Below are positions 39,988 through 52,747 of a stretch of 64,000 bases of DNA, piece by piece (position 1 is the first letter of the stretch; every line of letters starts with the position of its first letter). Source of the DNA: Eledone cirrhosa. Taxonomy: Eukaryota. A model generated the notes under the pieces. It was given only the letters and a program-made list of their open reading frames with translations, was not told the origin of the DNA and made no database searches. A program made the position numbers and the translations under genes. The stretch is taken from contig OZ024742.1 of NCBI GenBank assembly GCA_964016885.1, positions 177,072,001 to 177,136,000 on the forward strand. Direction: 5' to 3'.

Positions 39988-40458
39988 TTCGTTTCTGAAT
40001 TTGTTTAGCAAGATTCTTTATCTGAAATCGTGTGTTGAAAACGATATTGTTATACTTTGGGAGGGTCATGTTGCCAATAACAAACACACGAACCAGTTGC
40101 TTTCACTTCAATTTATTATATATTTATAAATTTACAAGTTTATAAATTTATAAATTTCTGGTTGGTTGGTTGGTTCCACAACCAGATAGTTGTTTATATA
40201 TAGTCATAGTCCTTTCGTCACACACTCTGTGACCTCTTCAGTGACCGGGGATTCCTTTCATTGTTTCTGTGCCTCTCCTTTGTTCTGTCCTACGCTATTT
40301 TGTTTCTGTGTGTGTGTTGTGTACTCAGTCTGCGCATGCGCCACATCCGGGTGTCTGTGTGTGTTTATGTTCATTTATCTATTTGTTTATTTATTTACTT
40401 ATTTACATGTTGCTGGTTGGTTGTTTGTTCTATGTGTGTGTGTGTTTTCATTTTGTCT

Positions 40459-40894
40459 TTAATTGTAAGTTGTGATGTTGCTGTTCCACTCATATTTTCT
40501 ATTTAATTTTGGTTGTAATTCTTTTATGTTTATTGCCTCTGTAATTTGTCTAAACATTGCGTCTTTTCTGTGCGTAGATTCTATATTTATTTCTATGTTC
40601 TCTAATTTACCCTTGTGTTCTATCTTAGCATGTTGGTAGAGTACATATGATTCTTTATTATCTTGAAGGTCTCGCCAGTGTTCATTTATCCGTTCCCCTA
40701 TACTACGAGCTGTCTCCCCTATGTACACTATATTTTTGTCTCTACATTTTCCTTCAGTACATCTTATGCTATACACTACATTTCTAGTTTTACAGTTAAT
40801 ATGGGGGCTTATTTCACAGGTTATACATTTCTTATCTATACATGAGGGTCTTTGGAAAGGGTATGTCTTGCTAATAAGTGTTTTTACGGAGGTA
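40459..40894 (-). CDS. PLE GIY-YIG endonuclease domain (Neptune/Nematis-like, 5'-truncated)
   Basis: CIDKKCITC, NCKTRNVVYSIRC, YIGETARSIGERINEH, RQITEAINI, PKLNRKYEW. Confidence 0.85.
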
Positions 40895-40896
40895 CC

Positions 40897-40941
40897 AGTC
40901 ACTGAAGAGGTCACAGAGTGTGTGACGAAAGGACTATGACT
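40897..40941 (+). ncRNA. Type-I minimal hammerhead motif (mirror copy at 40202-40246, minus strand)
   Basis: agtca-CTGAAGA-g[gtcac agagtgt gtgac]-GAAA-ggac-TA-tgact. Confidence 0.8.
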
Positions 40942-41187
40942 ATATATAAACAACTATCTGGTTGTGGAACCAACCAACCGACCAGAAATTTATAAATTTA
41001 TAAACTTGTAAATTTATAAATATATAATAAATTGAAGTGGAAAGCAACTGGTGCGTGTGTTTCTTATTGGCAACATGACCCTCCCAAAGTATAACAATAT
41101 ATATATTTATATATATGTATATATGTGTATATGTGTGTTTCTATATATATAGATATACGCATATATATATATAATATATATATATGT

Positions 41188-41252
<65 letters not shown>

Positions 41253-41381
41253 GATATACGCATATATATATATAATATGTATATATATGTATATATATAT
41301 ATAAACACACTTACACATACTCACACACACACATTATATATATATATGAGAGAGAGAGAAAGAGAGAAACAGAGAGAGAAC

Positions 41382-41464
<83 letters not shown>

Positions 41465-41739
41465 GAGAGGGAGAGAGACAGAGGCAGACAGACAGAGAGA
41501 TTCATGTTGTATGAAGGTATTAAATACGAAAACAGATAATTGTAGGTGAAGTCATAAAGTTTTAAAATACGAGATTCATTACGTACACAATGCTACATAC
41601 AATGTTATAGAAAGGTATGAAATCCTAGTAGGGACGATAATGTATTCACGTAGAGCAGGAAATACTTTGAAAAAACAACACTGATAACTATATTATTTTT
41701 CAAAGTATATATATATAACTTTCTTTTTATTTGCCACCA

Positions 41740-42350
41740 GGGCATCAACAAGTGGGACAAGTACAATGGAGGGAGTTTACATAAAAAGGCGTCCTCAATA
41801 AGGAGGAGGCAATAACAAGATATAAAAATAAAATAAAATATCACAAAATAAATTTAATAACAAAATCCTCAATAGGGAGGAGGCGCCTTGGGGGGTCGCA
41901 CACACCCCCGAAAAAAGTGTGCAACCCTACTCCTCAGGAGCACAGAGAGGGGGTTCTCCCTTGAACTTTCATCTATATATTTAAAACTCATCTCCCCATA
42001 AATCTTTTCATCTAATTTATTTTTTTATTTTTAATTTAAACATAGTCTGATGTAGAGTGAAGGACCATTTACACGGGCGATTCTTGCCACTTTCACCCAT
42101 CTTTCATAAGAACGGCTGGAGTGCAGCACCTCTCTCTCCATCCTGATCCTTCTTCCGAAATGATATCGGAAGAAACGGACCAGTTGTTGGCCAGAGAGAA
42201 AGGTGTCTGACCTCAGTCCTTTCAGACGCGTCCACCATACAACCTCTTTCGCCATGGCTATTACGCACAGAAAGACCGCCTATCCTTCGTTTTTGAAGAG
42301 GAGAGGCGGCTTGATCGTTACAATAGACTCGGTGGTTAACCGGATCGATC
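41740..42350 (-). mobile_element. Tx1/L1-like LINE 3' fragment
   Basis: MAKEVVWWTRLKGL...FFRYHFGRRIRMEREVL...ERWVKVA; homologous to 3765-4115. The boundary of the putative 3' UTR is uncertain. Confidence 0.55.
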
Positions 42351-42429
42351 CCTCCCTTGACAGCAGTTGTTCGACATAGCCCCACAGATCGGCAATGCCC
42401 GAGCAGTGTACCAATGCGTGTGCATATAT

Positions 42430-42940
42430 ATACTACCAAAATTAGATTAAAGATGCCATGTCTGAGAATATCAGAAGCATGTGCCATACCACCTGTGGAA
42501 TAAGCTCAAAGAAACATTTAGAGGGAAGAAATTGTAAAGAGGAGTTAACATATTAAAAAGTAACAAGAACCTTGCAATAATGAGTAATCTCCCTTGTAGA
42601 TATTCCATTGAAGAGATATATTTCGCCATTAATCGGTGAATCATAGATGTCAAATCTTGGATCATCGGCAAAGGAGAAGATTTAACTATTTATGATTACA
42701 CGCAAAAAACAAATCAGAGGATAAAAACGAAACGCAGATGTGGTTTTAAAAAAAAAACACATCGCCCCGCCGTCAAGCCAGTGGCGTGAATAGGGTTACC
42801 GACAGCTAGAATTAGCAACCGCGTCCTTTCAACATGAAAAGCTCTACTAACAGAGTTAGGAGCCTTAAATACTACAAAAATTAGATTAAAGATGCCATGT
42901 CTGAGTATAGCAGAAGCAGGCTCCATACCACCTGTGGAAT
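42430..42940. repeat. ~70-bp direct repeat pair (42430-42500 and 42869-42940)
   Basis: 'aaattagattaaagatgccatgtctgag.ata.cagaagca....ccataccacctgtggaat' occurs twice. Confidence 0.85.
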
Positions 42941-43380
42941 TACTGTTAGTAAGGTGAGAACATTTCAAGAACACATCCTCAGCTCGTAAGGAATTTAAAA
43001 CAGACAGAATATGCTTCAAAGGTTAAAGTTCTTGTTGAGGATAGTACAGGCACCAGCACATTAAATTTTAAAATAAAGAAAAACAAAGTTTAACAACCTA
43101 AATCCATTCCTTTAATTTCTACGTACGTTTCAATACAAGGGACAACATTACATGCATATATAAACAATAAGGGAATCGGAAATAGTTAATTAGAAGTTAT
43201 TTACACGAGACATAATACATATGAAAACTCGATGTCTTCATGAAATATAAGAAAGAACAAAGTTTGCCAAATTCAAATAATAAAAATAAAGATCATATCA
43301 AATATTATGCGTAAGGAAAGCATTTAAAGAAAACTATACATGAAATAGTTGTAAAGAGCACAGTTGTAAGATATTGCGAT

Positions 43381-43858
43381 TAACGTCATCCTCTTGTTCC
43401 AGCGGTAGCAGAGGGAAAAACAATCCAAAATTGTTTCGGAGTTATTGCCCCTTATCAAGACTATATTTCCCTCTTTTCTGTTGCACACTGCATCTCTTGA
43501 GAATATATAGCATTCTCTAAAGTATACATCGACTGATAAGCTTTATTTGCATACCGAGAGATTTTACGGCTGGCTTTGTCCAATATAAGAAACACATTTT
43601 TTTTACGCTCTAAAATGGCAGAAACGTAAATGCATTCGTGAGTGAATAAAAATAATATAATAATATTATCAATATTCGATTCGTTTGCAAGCAAACAGCC
43701 TCATTAAGCCTTTTCTTCTAGACGACTAACGTTATCCTTTTGTTCCAGTAGTAGCAGAGAGAAAAGCAATCTACACCTGTTTCGGAGTTATCGCCCCTTA
43801 TCAAGACTTTGCATTTCTTTATTTTCTGCTACTTCTTGAAACTACTCAGAATATATAG
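43381..43858 (-). repeat. Tandem hammerhead-bearing repeat with 346-bp period (HHR-like motifs at 43422-43462 and 43768-43808)
   Basis: Second copy, minus strand: agtc-TTGATAA-gggg cgataa ctcc-GAAA-caggtg-TA-gatt. Confidence 0.6.
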
Positions 43859-43860
43859 TA

Positions 43861-45785
43861 GACCATATAGAGGGGCCAGCAGTAAAAGTCAGTAGCAGCG
43901 TAGTAAGTAAGGCAATCAAAGATATGAAGATGGGGAAGGCAACCGGTCCATCGGGTATAGCTGCCGAGATGCTGAAGGCATCTGGGTCTGTAGGTCACAC
44001 TATAACCACACGTATCGTTAACCAGGTAATACTAGAAGGTGCCATACCAAATGATTGGTGCAGTAGCATCATTCTCAACTGCTACAAAGGTAAAGGCGAT
44101 GCACTAGATAGAGGAAACTATAGAGGTATCAAGTTGATGGACCAGGTCATGAAAGTAACAGAAAGAGTTATAGCACGGCTGATTAGGGACCGGGTGAAAA
44201 TAGACGAGATGCAATTTGGGTTTGTACCAGGAAGAGGCACCACCGATGCCCTCTTCCTTGTGAGGCAATTACAGGAAAAGTACCTAGCTAAAAGTAAGCC
44301 ACTCTACTTGGCATTTGTCAACCTTGAGAAAGCCTTTGACAGAGTTCCACGTGCTGTAATCTGGTGGGCTCTTAGAAAACTAGGAGTAGATGAATGGCTT
44401 GTGAAAGCGGTACAAGCCATGTATAGGGGAGCAGTCAGCAAAGTTAGGATTAGCAATGAGTATAGCGAGGAATTTAGCGTACAGGTTAGGGTCCACCAGG
44501 GCTCTGTTCTTAGCCCTCTCCTGTTCATCATAGTCCTGCAGGCAATAACGGAGGAGTTTAAGACCGGATGCCCATGGGAACTCCTGTATGCTGATGACCT
44601 CGCATTCATAGCTGAATCTATGGAAGAACTAGAGAATAAATTCCAAACTTGGAAGCAGGGACTAGAAAGGGTCTCAAAGTCAACATGACAAAGACTAAGG
44701 TCCTTATAAGTAGACGAGAAAACAGAAACCAGATCCCCTCAGGGAAATGGCCTTGCTCAGTATGTAGGAAAGGTGTAGGTAGGAACTCCATTCTCTGCCC
44801 CAAATGCAAACAATGGGTACACAAGAGATGTAGCGGGATCTCAGGAAGCTTAATTAAAAATGTAGGATTCACATGCAGCAGCTGTGCTGAGACAGCAAGC
44901 AGCAAACAGCCACAGGAAACAAGTACCACCAATCTCTGGGAGGGCCCTGTAGAAACAGTAGACAGCTTCTGCTACTTAGGTGACCGAATTAGCAACGGAG
45001 GTGGGTGTTCAGAAAGTACAATAACTAGGGTAAGAACGGGATGGAAGAAGTTTAGGGAACTACTACAACTGCTAGCTGCAAAAGGCTTCTCCCTCAGAAT
45101 GAAAGGCAGACTGTATGATGCGTGTATCCGAACAGCGATGTTGCATGGTAGTGAGACCTGGGCGCTGAAGGTGGAAGACTTACGTAGATTAGAGAGAAAC
45201 GAAGCCTGCATGCTCCGATGGATGTGTAACAGTAATATATGTGAACGACAAAGCATAAATGAATTGAGAGAGAGACAGAGCATAAGAGGAATCAAATGCT
45301 GTGTGCAGGAGAGGCGGTTGCGCTGGTATGGACATGTGATGCGTACGAAGGATGACAGCTGCATAAAAAGGTGCAGAGCAATAGAAGTTGAAAGAAACCG
45401 CTGAGTGGGGAGACCCAAGATGACCTGGGATGAGGTGATAAAAGCCGACCTTACCCAATTACACCTTTCAAAGACAATGACACACGACCGTGACTTCTGG
45501 CGTCACGCGGTAATACAGAGTACCCGACCTCCCATGGGTACCAGCTGAAGCATATAGACAATATGCCCCCACACACCCCACCGCAAGGTGGTCGTGGAGG
45601 TGCCACGGCAAAAAAGGACCCAGCACTCACTGTAAATGAGGTTGGTGTTAGGAAGGGCATCCAGCTGTAGAAATCAAGCCAGATCAGTTCCTATATGAGC
45701 AAGGCATGGTCAGCCGACCAGACACTGCCCACAACAGGACAACCCGTCTAACCCATGCTAGCGTGGAAGAACGGACGTAAAAGGG

Positions 45786-45816
<31 letters not shown>
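43861..45816 (+). mobile_element. RTE-clade LINE, 5'-truncated, with (GAT)n tail
   Basis: GKATGPSG, NYRGIKL, QFGFVPGRGTTDA, LEKAFDRV, QGSVLSPLLF, LLYADDL, PHD-like C/H insert, RRLRWYGHV; one frameshift near 44665. Confidence 0.93.
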
Positions 45817-46599
45817 ATACATATATTCCTATATAGTAGATTGAGTATGCAGTAATAGCCTGTATTTCTAGGCTCTACCAAATATATTCGTTTGGTGACA
45901 GAAAAAAATATATGGGTCCAAGGAAGTAAATGAAGTGAAGCAAAATCTACAAAAAGCAAGACATTATTTTCAACGTTCTTATTCGGGTAATATTCTTTGA
46001 ACTTTGGCGTGAAAGAGATATCATTCGTGGAACATTATTGTGGTGATAAACGCTCTGGTATATTTGAACACTCTATAATAAGGTATTGAGATTTAGAATA
46101 GCATTTCAGAGATACCGATCTCTAGAAATACCAAGCAGAAAAATCAGATTTGAACACAATTGAAATATACATTCGGAATAAGTTTTGTTTCGGCATTCGT
46201 TTAAAAAACAACTCTGTTTCATCTACGGGAATATATTGATGAGGTGTGTAATCTGAACGAGAAACCAACTAAAAAGCAATCAACATATAATACAGAATTT
46301 GAATATATTTGTTTAAAAGTATAGAAGTTTGGCTTATTCATGTATTACCAGTGGGTTTCCTAGACGTAAACGCGACAAACACTTCCGATGATGCGTTCAT
46401 ATGAACCGGCTTTACTAGACAGGTTTGAAAAGCTTGTAGCTTAGGGGAAACTTCGAGGTAAACAGACAATATTGATAACAAATATTGTATTGAATCTATA
46501 AACAGTTTATACATACTTTATTGAATGTATCATTCGTGTATTCTGTAGACAAACACAATAACCAATCCCCCCCCACCACCACCACACATGCACACACAC

Positions 46600-46772
46600 G
46601 TATATATATATACATACATATATATATATGTATATATACATATATATATATAGATATATATATACATATATATATATATATACATATATATATACATATA
46701 TATATATATACATATATATATACATATATATATATGTATACATGTATATATACATATATATATATGTATGTA

Positions 46773-46830
<58 letters not shown>

Positions 46831-46869
46831 CATATATATATATATATATACATACATATATATATATAA

Positions 46870-46910
<41 letters not shown>
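46600..46910. repeat. Long imperfect (TA)n microsatellite
   Basis: TA/TACA runs. Confidence 0.95.
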
Positions 46911-46913
<3 letters not shown>

Positions 46914-47331
46914 CTGTGTGTTAGTGTGTGTATTTATATACACGTTTCCGAGTGTCTATGTCTGTTTGTCGTCATACGTGTACATGTGTTATATGCGTTT
47001 TGTGAGCTTCATTAATGTAATTATTACTCCAAATAATGTTGAACGAGAAGCGACGGCGACCGTGTCTCTCCTCTGGTAAATCTGATTATGTCACGGAACC
47101 ATTTCTAGTTCACACTTTACCCATCTTCCAAACACGCTACAAAACACAAGACTAGTGGTATAAATACAGAAAGAAATATATATACACACATATATATAAA
47201 TAAATATATATATATATATTTATATATATATGTGTGTGTATATATATATGTGTGTATATATATTTATATATATATATATATATATATATAATTGTGTGTA
47301 TATATATGTGTGTATATATATACACACATAT

Positions 47332-47365
<34 letters not shown>

Positions 47366-47368
<3 letters not shown>

Positions 47369-47726
47369 AAGAAAAAGGGATGAAATCGAAAATGCAACTG
47401 AAGTCTTATTTTTTTAAAAATATATATATTTATTTGGTTCCTTTACCGGTTTCGCAGTTCTTCTGCTTTTCAAAAGGTGAGTTGAGATGGAGGGTCGGTG
47501 GTTTTTCTCACATCAGATGTGAGAAAAACCACAGACCCTCCATCTCAACTCACCTTTTGAAAAGCAGAAGAACTGCGAAACCGGTAAAGGAACCAAATAA
47601 ATATATATATTTTTAAAAAAATAAGACTTCAGTTGCATTTTCGATTTCATCCCTTTTTCTTTATACTTCCACTCGTGTAGGACACGTCGGTTATTTTTCA
47701 TTTTGTAAAAAAAACCTCACTTTCTA

Positions 47727-47727
<1 letters not shown>
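47366..47727. mobile_element. Miniature palindrome 5, same family as palindrome 4: arms 47366-47514 and 47516-47664, tail to 47727
   Basis: Near-perfect hairpin with a 1-nt spacer; sequence matches 30995-31152 and 37250-37440; (TA)n flanks. Confidence 0.92.
47553..47590 (+). ncRNA. Hammerhead-like motif with variant core (mirror copy at 47440-47477)
   Basis: cctt-TTGAAAA-gcagaagaactgc-GAAA-ccgg-TA-aagg. Confidence 0.6.
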
Positions 47728-47793
<66 letters not shown>

Positions 47794-47799
47794 TGTACA

Positions 47800-48070
47800 G
47801 GCTCGTGCTTAGTGGTAGCGTTGTTGGAGCTACGATAATAATTTCGTGTGTTCGATTACTGGACTAGTTAGTGTGTTGTGTTCTTGAGCAAAGCATTTCA
47901 TTTCACGTTGCTCCAGTATACTTACCTGAAAATAAATATCAGCAATAACTGGAACTTTAACACTATGAGTCACTGGCATCCTATCCAGAGAGGAAGTCAT
48001 GTATTCTCAGACGCTTCAAACCTCGGCAACTGGGATAAGCCCTAGTCCGAGGAAGTTCCAGACTGGAGAC
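47800..48070 (+). mobile_element. Degenerate tRNA-derived SINE (family B)
   Basis: A-box-like 'gcttagtggtag', B-box-like 'tgttcgattac', then 'ttgtgttcttgagcaaagca'. A related reversed piece lies at about 690-800. Confidence 0.5.
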
Positions 48071-48536
48071 ATATTTATATGTATATATATAATATAAAGA
48101 GTGAAATAGAGAGATAAATAGAGAAAGAAAGAGAGATGGAAACAATAAGATGATATAGAGACAGAATTTGAAAAGGAATATGCTAAAGAGCCTTGTATAC
48201 TTAGGATATAGAACTCTCCTCTATTGCAATAGATAAAACGGGCTCATATCCCATGACACCAAAGCATTGCTGCTGTATATTAGAAAACAAATTATGTTGT
48301 TACTCTTTCCTTCCTAATAAACAGAGAATGTTCAATTAGAAATGGTAATGACATGCATACTGAATTTAACAAAGAACTAGCTATTCGTGTTGCAATGTTG
48401 GTTCATCCTATTCGTTTCAATAACATGATATAATTGGGTGAAAACCAACGGTACTTATTTTGTTTAGTCATCTTCTTCGACTGATCCTACTGGGTAACAT
48501 TTGATTTGAAATTAACTGATAGTAGGATTAGAAGCA

Positions 48537-48690
48537 ATAATTGTTTCTACTTTAGGCACAAGGCCAGCAAATACCCAGTGCATTACTGGTACTTTATTTT
48601 ATAGACCCCGTAAGGATGAAAGGCAAAGTTAACCTCGGCGGGATTTGAATTCAGAATGGCAAGGGCCGTAACTCTATGCGTCAAAGCATG
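48537..48690 (-). mobile_element. SINE family A copy including the B-box region
   Basis: Minus strand 'gaattcaaatcccgccgaggttaactttgcctttcatcc'. Confidence 0.8.
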
Positions 48691-48829
48691 CAATAATATA
48701 ACATGATCTGAAACCCCCATCCAATATACAAATACAAATATGTCATCAGAAAGTAATTTACAACAGCCTGGCGAGCACGTTATCCATGGACATTTTTCGG
48801 TTTGACAGATGTGTCTTCCAGGTGGTCAA

Positions 48830-49080
48830 TCACAGAAAAGAACTGCTTGTGAAATTAGCGTGTAACTGGCTAAGCATTCTACGCACACGTGTAGCCGTCA
48901 TGTAATTTACAGTAAGATGCAGCGTGTCAGAATATGTGACAAAGGTGGCGCGTTGAATTACTGGTACAAGTCATACCACTGCCTTTTGAACACTTTCCGT
49001 CTACCCAACTTCAATCACAAATTTGATTTGACTCGGAAAGCAAATTATTGCATAGCAAACGTCTTAAACATTCAGCCATG
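48830..49080 (-). mobile_element. Degenerate SINE-like repeat (family C), similar to 60735-61005
   Basis: 'gaaattagc.t.taa.tg.ct.a.catt.ta...acacgtg' is shared with the copy at 60740. Confidence 0.45.
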
Positions 49081-49389
49081 CTGCCCTCACTGAACACATT
49101 ATATAATTAAATTATTTAATCAGAAAATCGTCTTAGTCACAATTGTTTCAATTGAATCACTTTCAATGATAGATGTAAAGAAATCACGCAGTCTATTAAA
49201 CTGTTGAACTACAATCACTCTAGATAACCTTTCTAGTAGGTGATGCATCGGATATCGTTAAAGCAATGACACCTTCTATATTTGGATAATTTTGTTTTGC
49301 GTCTTATTCATTTACATCGTTGTTGCTAACCAACAGGTCGACACTAATGAAATAGACAAGAGTTCACCAAACATTGTGCCACTCGATGA

Positions 49390-49870
49390 ATTCATCCCAC
49401 ATACATTAATTCATCTAACCCATTCAGACTTTAATTCATCTAACATTACAGTCCATCCATCCTGCAGACGTCATATCATTCAGCACACAACTTCATTATA
49501 TCCAGCCCAGACAACTCATTTTATCATGTTTTCAGCTTCAGTTCATTCAGCCCGCATATATCATTTCATCCGGGCCACCACTTTATGTCATCCAACTCGC
49601 TGACCACATATTTCACTTCATCCAGCCTCCAAGTTTATTTCATCCAGCCCCTTCAGACTGTTGATTTCATTTCTATCAGCCCATCAGACATACAGATTCA
49701 GTCCCTCCACTCCATATTATTTAGCCACAGACTTCACTTCATCCAGCCCAGCTAGTCCACAGAAAGCTTCAATTCATCCAGTCCATTTAGTCCACAGAAA
49801 TCAATCAACCTGCCTGTAGCCTCATTTCATTCAATTTCCTTCAACCAACAGCAATTATTTCATCCAAAGT
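49390..49870. repeat. Degenerate minisatellite built on a 'ttcatccagccc' core
   Basis: More than ten imperfect recurrences at roughly 20-35 bp spacing. Confidence 0.7.
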
Positions 49871-50114
49871 GCATAATTTATTGGTTTTTTTTTATTAAAC
49901 TTACCTCGGTTGAACTTACCTCGATTTCAGTAGAAAAAGTTTGTATCCTCACTTATATTTTCTTACCATGTGCTATCCACTCATCCAACCACCAAGATGT
50001 TTGCAATCGACTTTTTCGTCGGTAAACGGTGGGGGTGCGCTGGTATCTGAGAAATCATTTTTTACAAAGCTTTGCTAACGAGACTCTGTGGACGAAAATT
50101 ATTTTTCATGAACG

Positions 50115-50190
<76 letters not shown>

Positions 50191-50370
50191 ACACATATAT
50201 ATATATGCGTGCGTGTGTGTCTGTGCATGAAATTAACGTAAAGAATTATGTAACATTTTCTCTTAAAATTTACTTCATACATAGAAACAACTGACCTGGA
50301 ATGCTCTTACCTTCTTACTCCTATTTATCAGCGAGACATCGCAACGCAACTATTATGGATAAACAACAAA

Positions 50371-50530
50371 TTAATTAGTAATATATATATATATATAGTT
50401 CTTGTCTGATGACCCTATATGTATATATATATTCATTTATTAAGGCTAAATATTGAGACTTGTTACTATGGATATTCGCCTTTTTATTACATGGTCATCA
50501 GACAAGAACTATATATATTACTAATTAATT
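50371..50530. repeat. Short inverted repeat with inward-facing hammerhead motif (50459-50506, minus strand)
   Basis: Arms are 'aattaattagtaa(ta)n gttcttgtctgatgacc' and its reverse complement. Minus strand: cttgt-CTGATGA-cc...gg-cGAA-tatccatag-TA-acaag. Confidence 0.55.
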
Positions 50531-50576
50531 CTGTACATATCTGTATACAGTTATGCTTGAAGCGAAATCCCTTTTC

Positions 50577-50657
<81 letters not shown>

Positions 50658-50712
50658 GGAGGTGAGTGTTATTGTAGCACTCAACAGTTTATAGGACTGG
50701 GGTATAAATAAT

Positions 50713-50819
50713 TGTTTCCACTTTAGGCACAAGGCCAGCAATTATCCAGTGCATTACTGGTACTTTATTTTATCGACCCCGTAAGGATGAAAGGCAAAGT
50801 CAACCTCGGCGGGATTTGA
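50713..50819 (-). mobile_element. SINE family A with ~17-bp target-site duplication
   Basis: actgg(g/c)gtataaataat at 50696-50712 and 50820-50836. Confidence 0.85.
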
Positions 50820-51140
50820 ACTGGCGTATAAATAATATAAGGTCAAAAGATGGTTAAAAGCGTTTCATGTATTTTATTATGCGCATTTCAAAAACAAATA
50901 TCATCATGGGATGATATTTGCGTTCTCATCACATAAAATAGGAAGACATGATATGAAGCTTAAAAAACACTTACGAGCAGTGAAGTGTTAAATCTACATA
51001 TGAAAAATAAAATAAGATGGATATGTGAGATTGGGAAAAAAAGAAGGAAGGGGGAAGGAAAAGGTAAGGAAGAAGAAGAAAGAAAATAAAGGATGACGGA
51101 GGAGAAGTATGAGAAGGTAGGATGAGAGAAGATGAGAAAT

Positions 51141-51209
<69 letters not shown>

Positions 51210-51604
51210 TCTTTAATACTGAGAAACACTGTCTCACAGAGAGAAATTAAAAAAACGTTGTAAGATAATACATAATTTAAAAAAATCTTGAAATTAAAAG
51301 TTAATGAGGTTTATGAATGGTGATGTTTATGATTAAAGAAAAAGGAATTAAGAAAATTTAAGGAAGAAAAAATATATAACGGAAAAAAAATGTAAGGAAG
51401 AAAAAATATATAACGGCAAAAAAATATATGTTTACAAAAAAATTACTAATGGTAATATTAGTATATATTAAAATTATAGTTTGTATGGCCAAGAATATAA
51501 GGAAAATGCTATAGTTAGTAGTAATATGAGTTAAGAAGTAATTGAGAAGTAAAAGTTACAGATTAAAAATTAGAAATTAAAAATGAAAAAAGGAGAAAAG
51601 AAAT

Positions 51605-51845
51605 TGCCCTGTTAGAACTAAATGTCCTCTTAATAACCAATGTCTTGATAAAAATTTAGTGTATGAATGTAAGGTTATAACTGGTACTAATTTCTTTAGC
51701 TATTTTGGTTCCACTTCCACTTCCTTTATAGCAAGATTTTATAATCACAATTCGTATTTTAAATACCTACTTAAAAGAACTAACACGGCACTCTCAGAAC
51801 TCACATGGTCCTTAAAAGACAAGAATATTAACTACAACATATTAT
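51605..51845 (+). pseudogene. PLE GIY-YIG fragment
   Basis: KCPLNNQCLDKNLVYECKVITGTNFFSYFGSTSTSFIARFYNH is close to the palindrome-3 protein. Confidence 0.85.
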
Positions 51846-51851
51846 TACTGA

Positions 51852-51965
51852 TCTGAGTTAAAATCTCACCGAGGTTAACTTTGCCTTTCATCCTTACGGG
51901 GTCGATAAAATAAAGTACCAGTAATGTACTAGGTAATTGCTGGCCTTGTGCCTAAAATAGAAACA
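51852..51965 (+). mobile_element. SINE family A with 'attattact' target-site duplication
   Basis: Duplication at 51841-51849 and 51966-51974. Confidence 0.8.
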
Positions 51966-52680
51966 ATTATTACTAACTATAGCATTTTCCTTATATTCAT
52001 AGCCATACAAACTATATTTTTAATATATACTAATATTACCATTAGAAAATTTTGTAAACATATATTTTTTTGACGTTATATATTTTTTCTTCCGTAAATT
52101 TTCTTCTTTCTTCTCTCCTTTCGTGCTCGTATTAAACCTATTATTTACTTTTTCATATTACAATACATAGAAACAAATTTAGACCCTAACTAATTCCTCT
52201 AAGTTCATAATTCATTTAATTTCTTCTTCATTCACCTTATCTCCTTAATATTTTTATTTTAATAATACATATTAATAAATTCCCTTTCGCACATATTATT
52301 AAACCCTTCAATATATAAACCTTAAATAAATACTATTCTTAATTCCTGTATCTTTAATCATAAACATCACCATTAATTTCAATTTTTTTTAGATTATGTA
52401 TTATCTTACAATGGTTTTTTTTAATTTCTCTCTGTGAGACAGTGTTTCTCAGTATTAAAAGCTATCTCTCTCTCTCCCTCTCACTCATTTCTCCTGCTCT
52501 CCCATCCTACCTTCTCATACTCCTCCCCCGTCATCCTTTATTTTCTTTCTTCCTCTTCCTTACCTTTTAATTCCCCTTTCCTTCTTTTTTTCCCAATCTC
52601 ACATATCCATCTTAGTCTATTTTTCATTTAACACTTCACTGCTCGCAAGTGTTTTTTACGCTTCATATCATGACTCCCTA

Positions 52681-52747
52681 TTTTATCTGATGAGAACGCA
52701 AATATCATCCCATGATAATATTTGTTTTTGAAATAGGCATAATAAAA
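52681..52747 (+). ncRNA. Type-I hammerhead motif (mutated mirror copy at 50872-50938)
   Basis: ttttat-CTGATGA-gaacgcaaatatcatcccatgataatatttgttttt-GAAA-taggca-TA-ataaaa. The left copy keeps tgcgca but its core reads GTGATGA. Confidence 0.75.

Larger units (their letters stand above)
39984..41100. mobile_element. PLE palindrome 7: arms 40044-40248 and 40895-41100, GIY-YIG in the spacer, tail 39984-40043
   Basis: Inverted ~205-bp arms with HHRs; (TA)n on both flanks. Confidence 0.9.
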
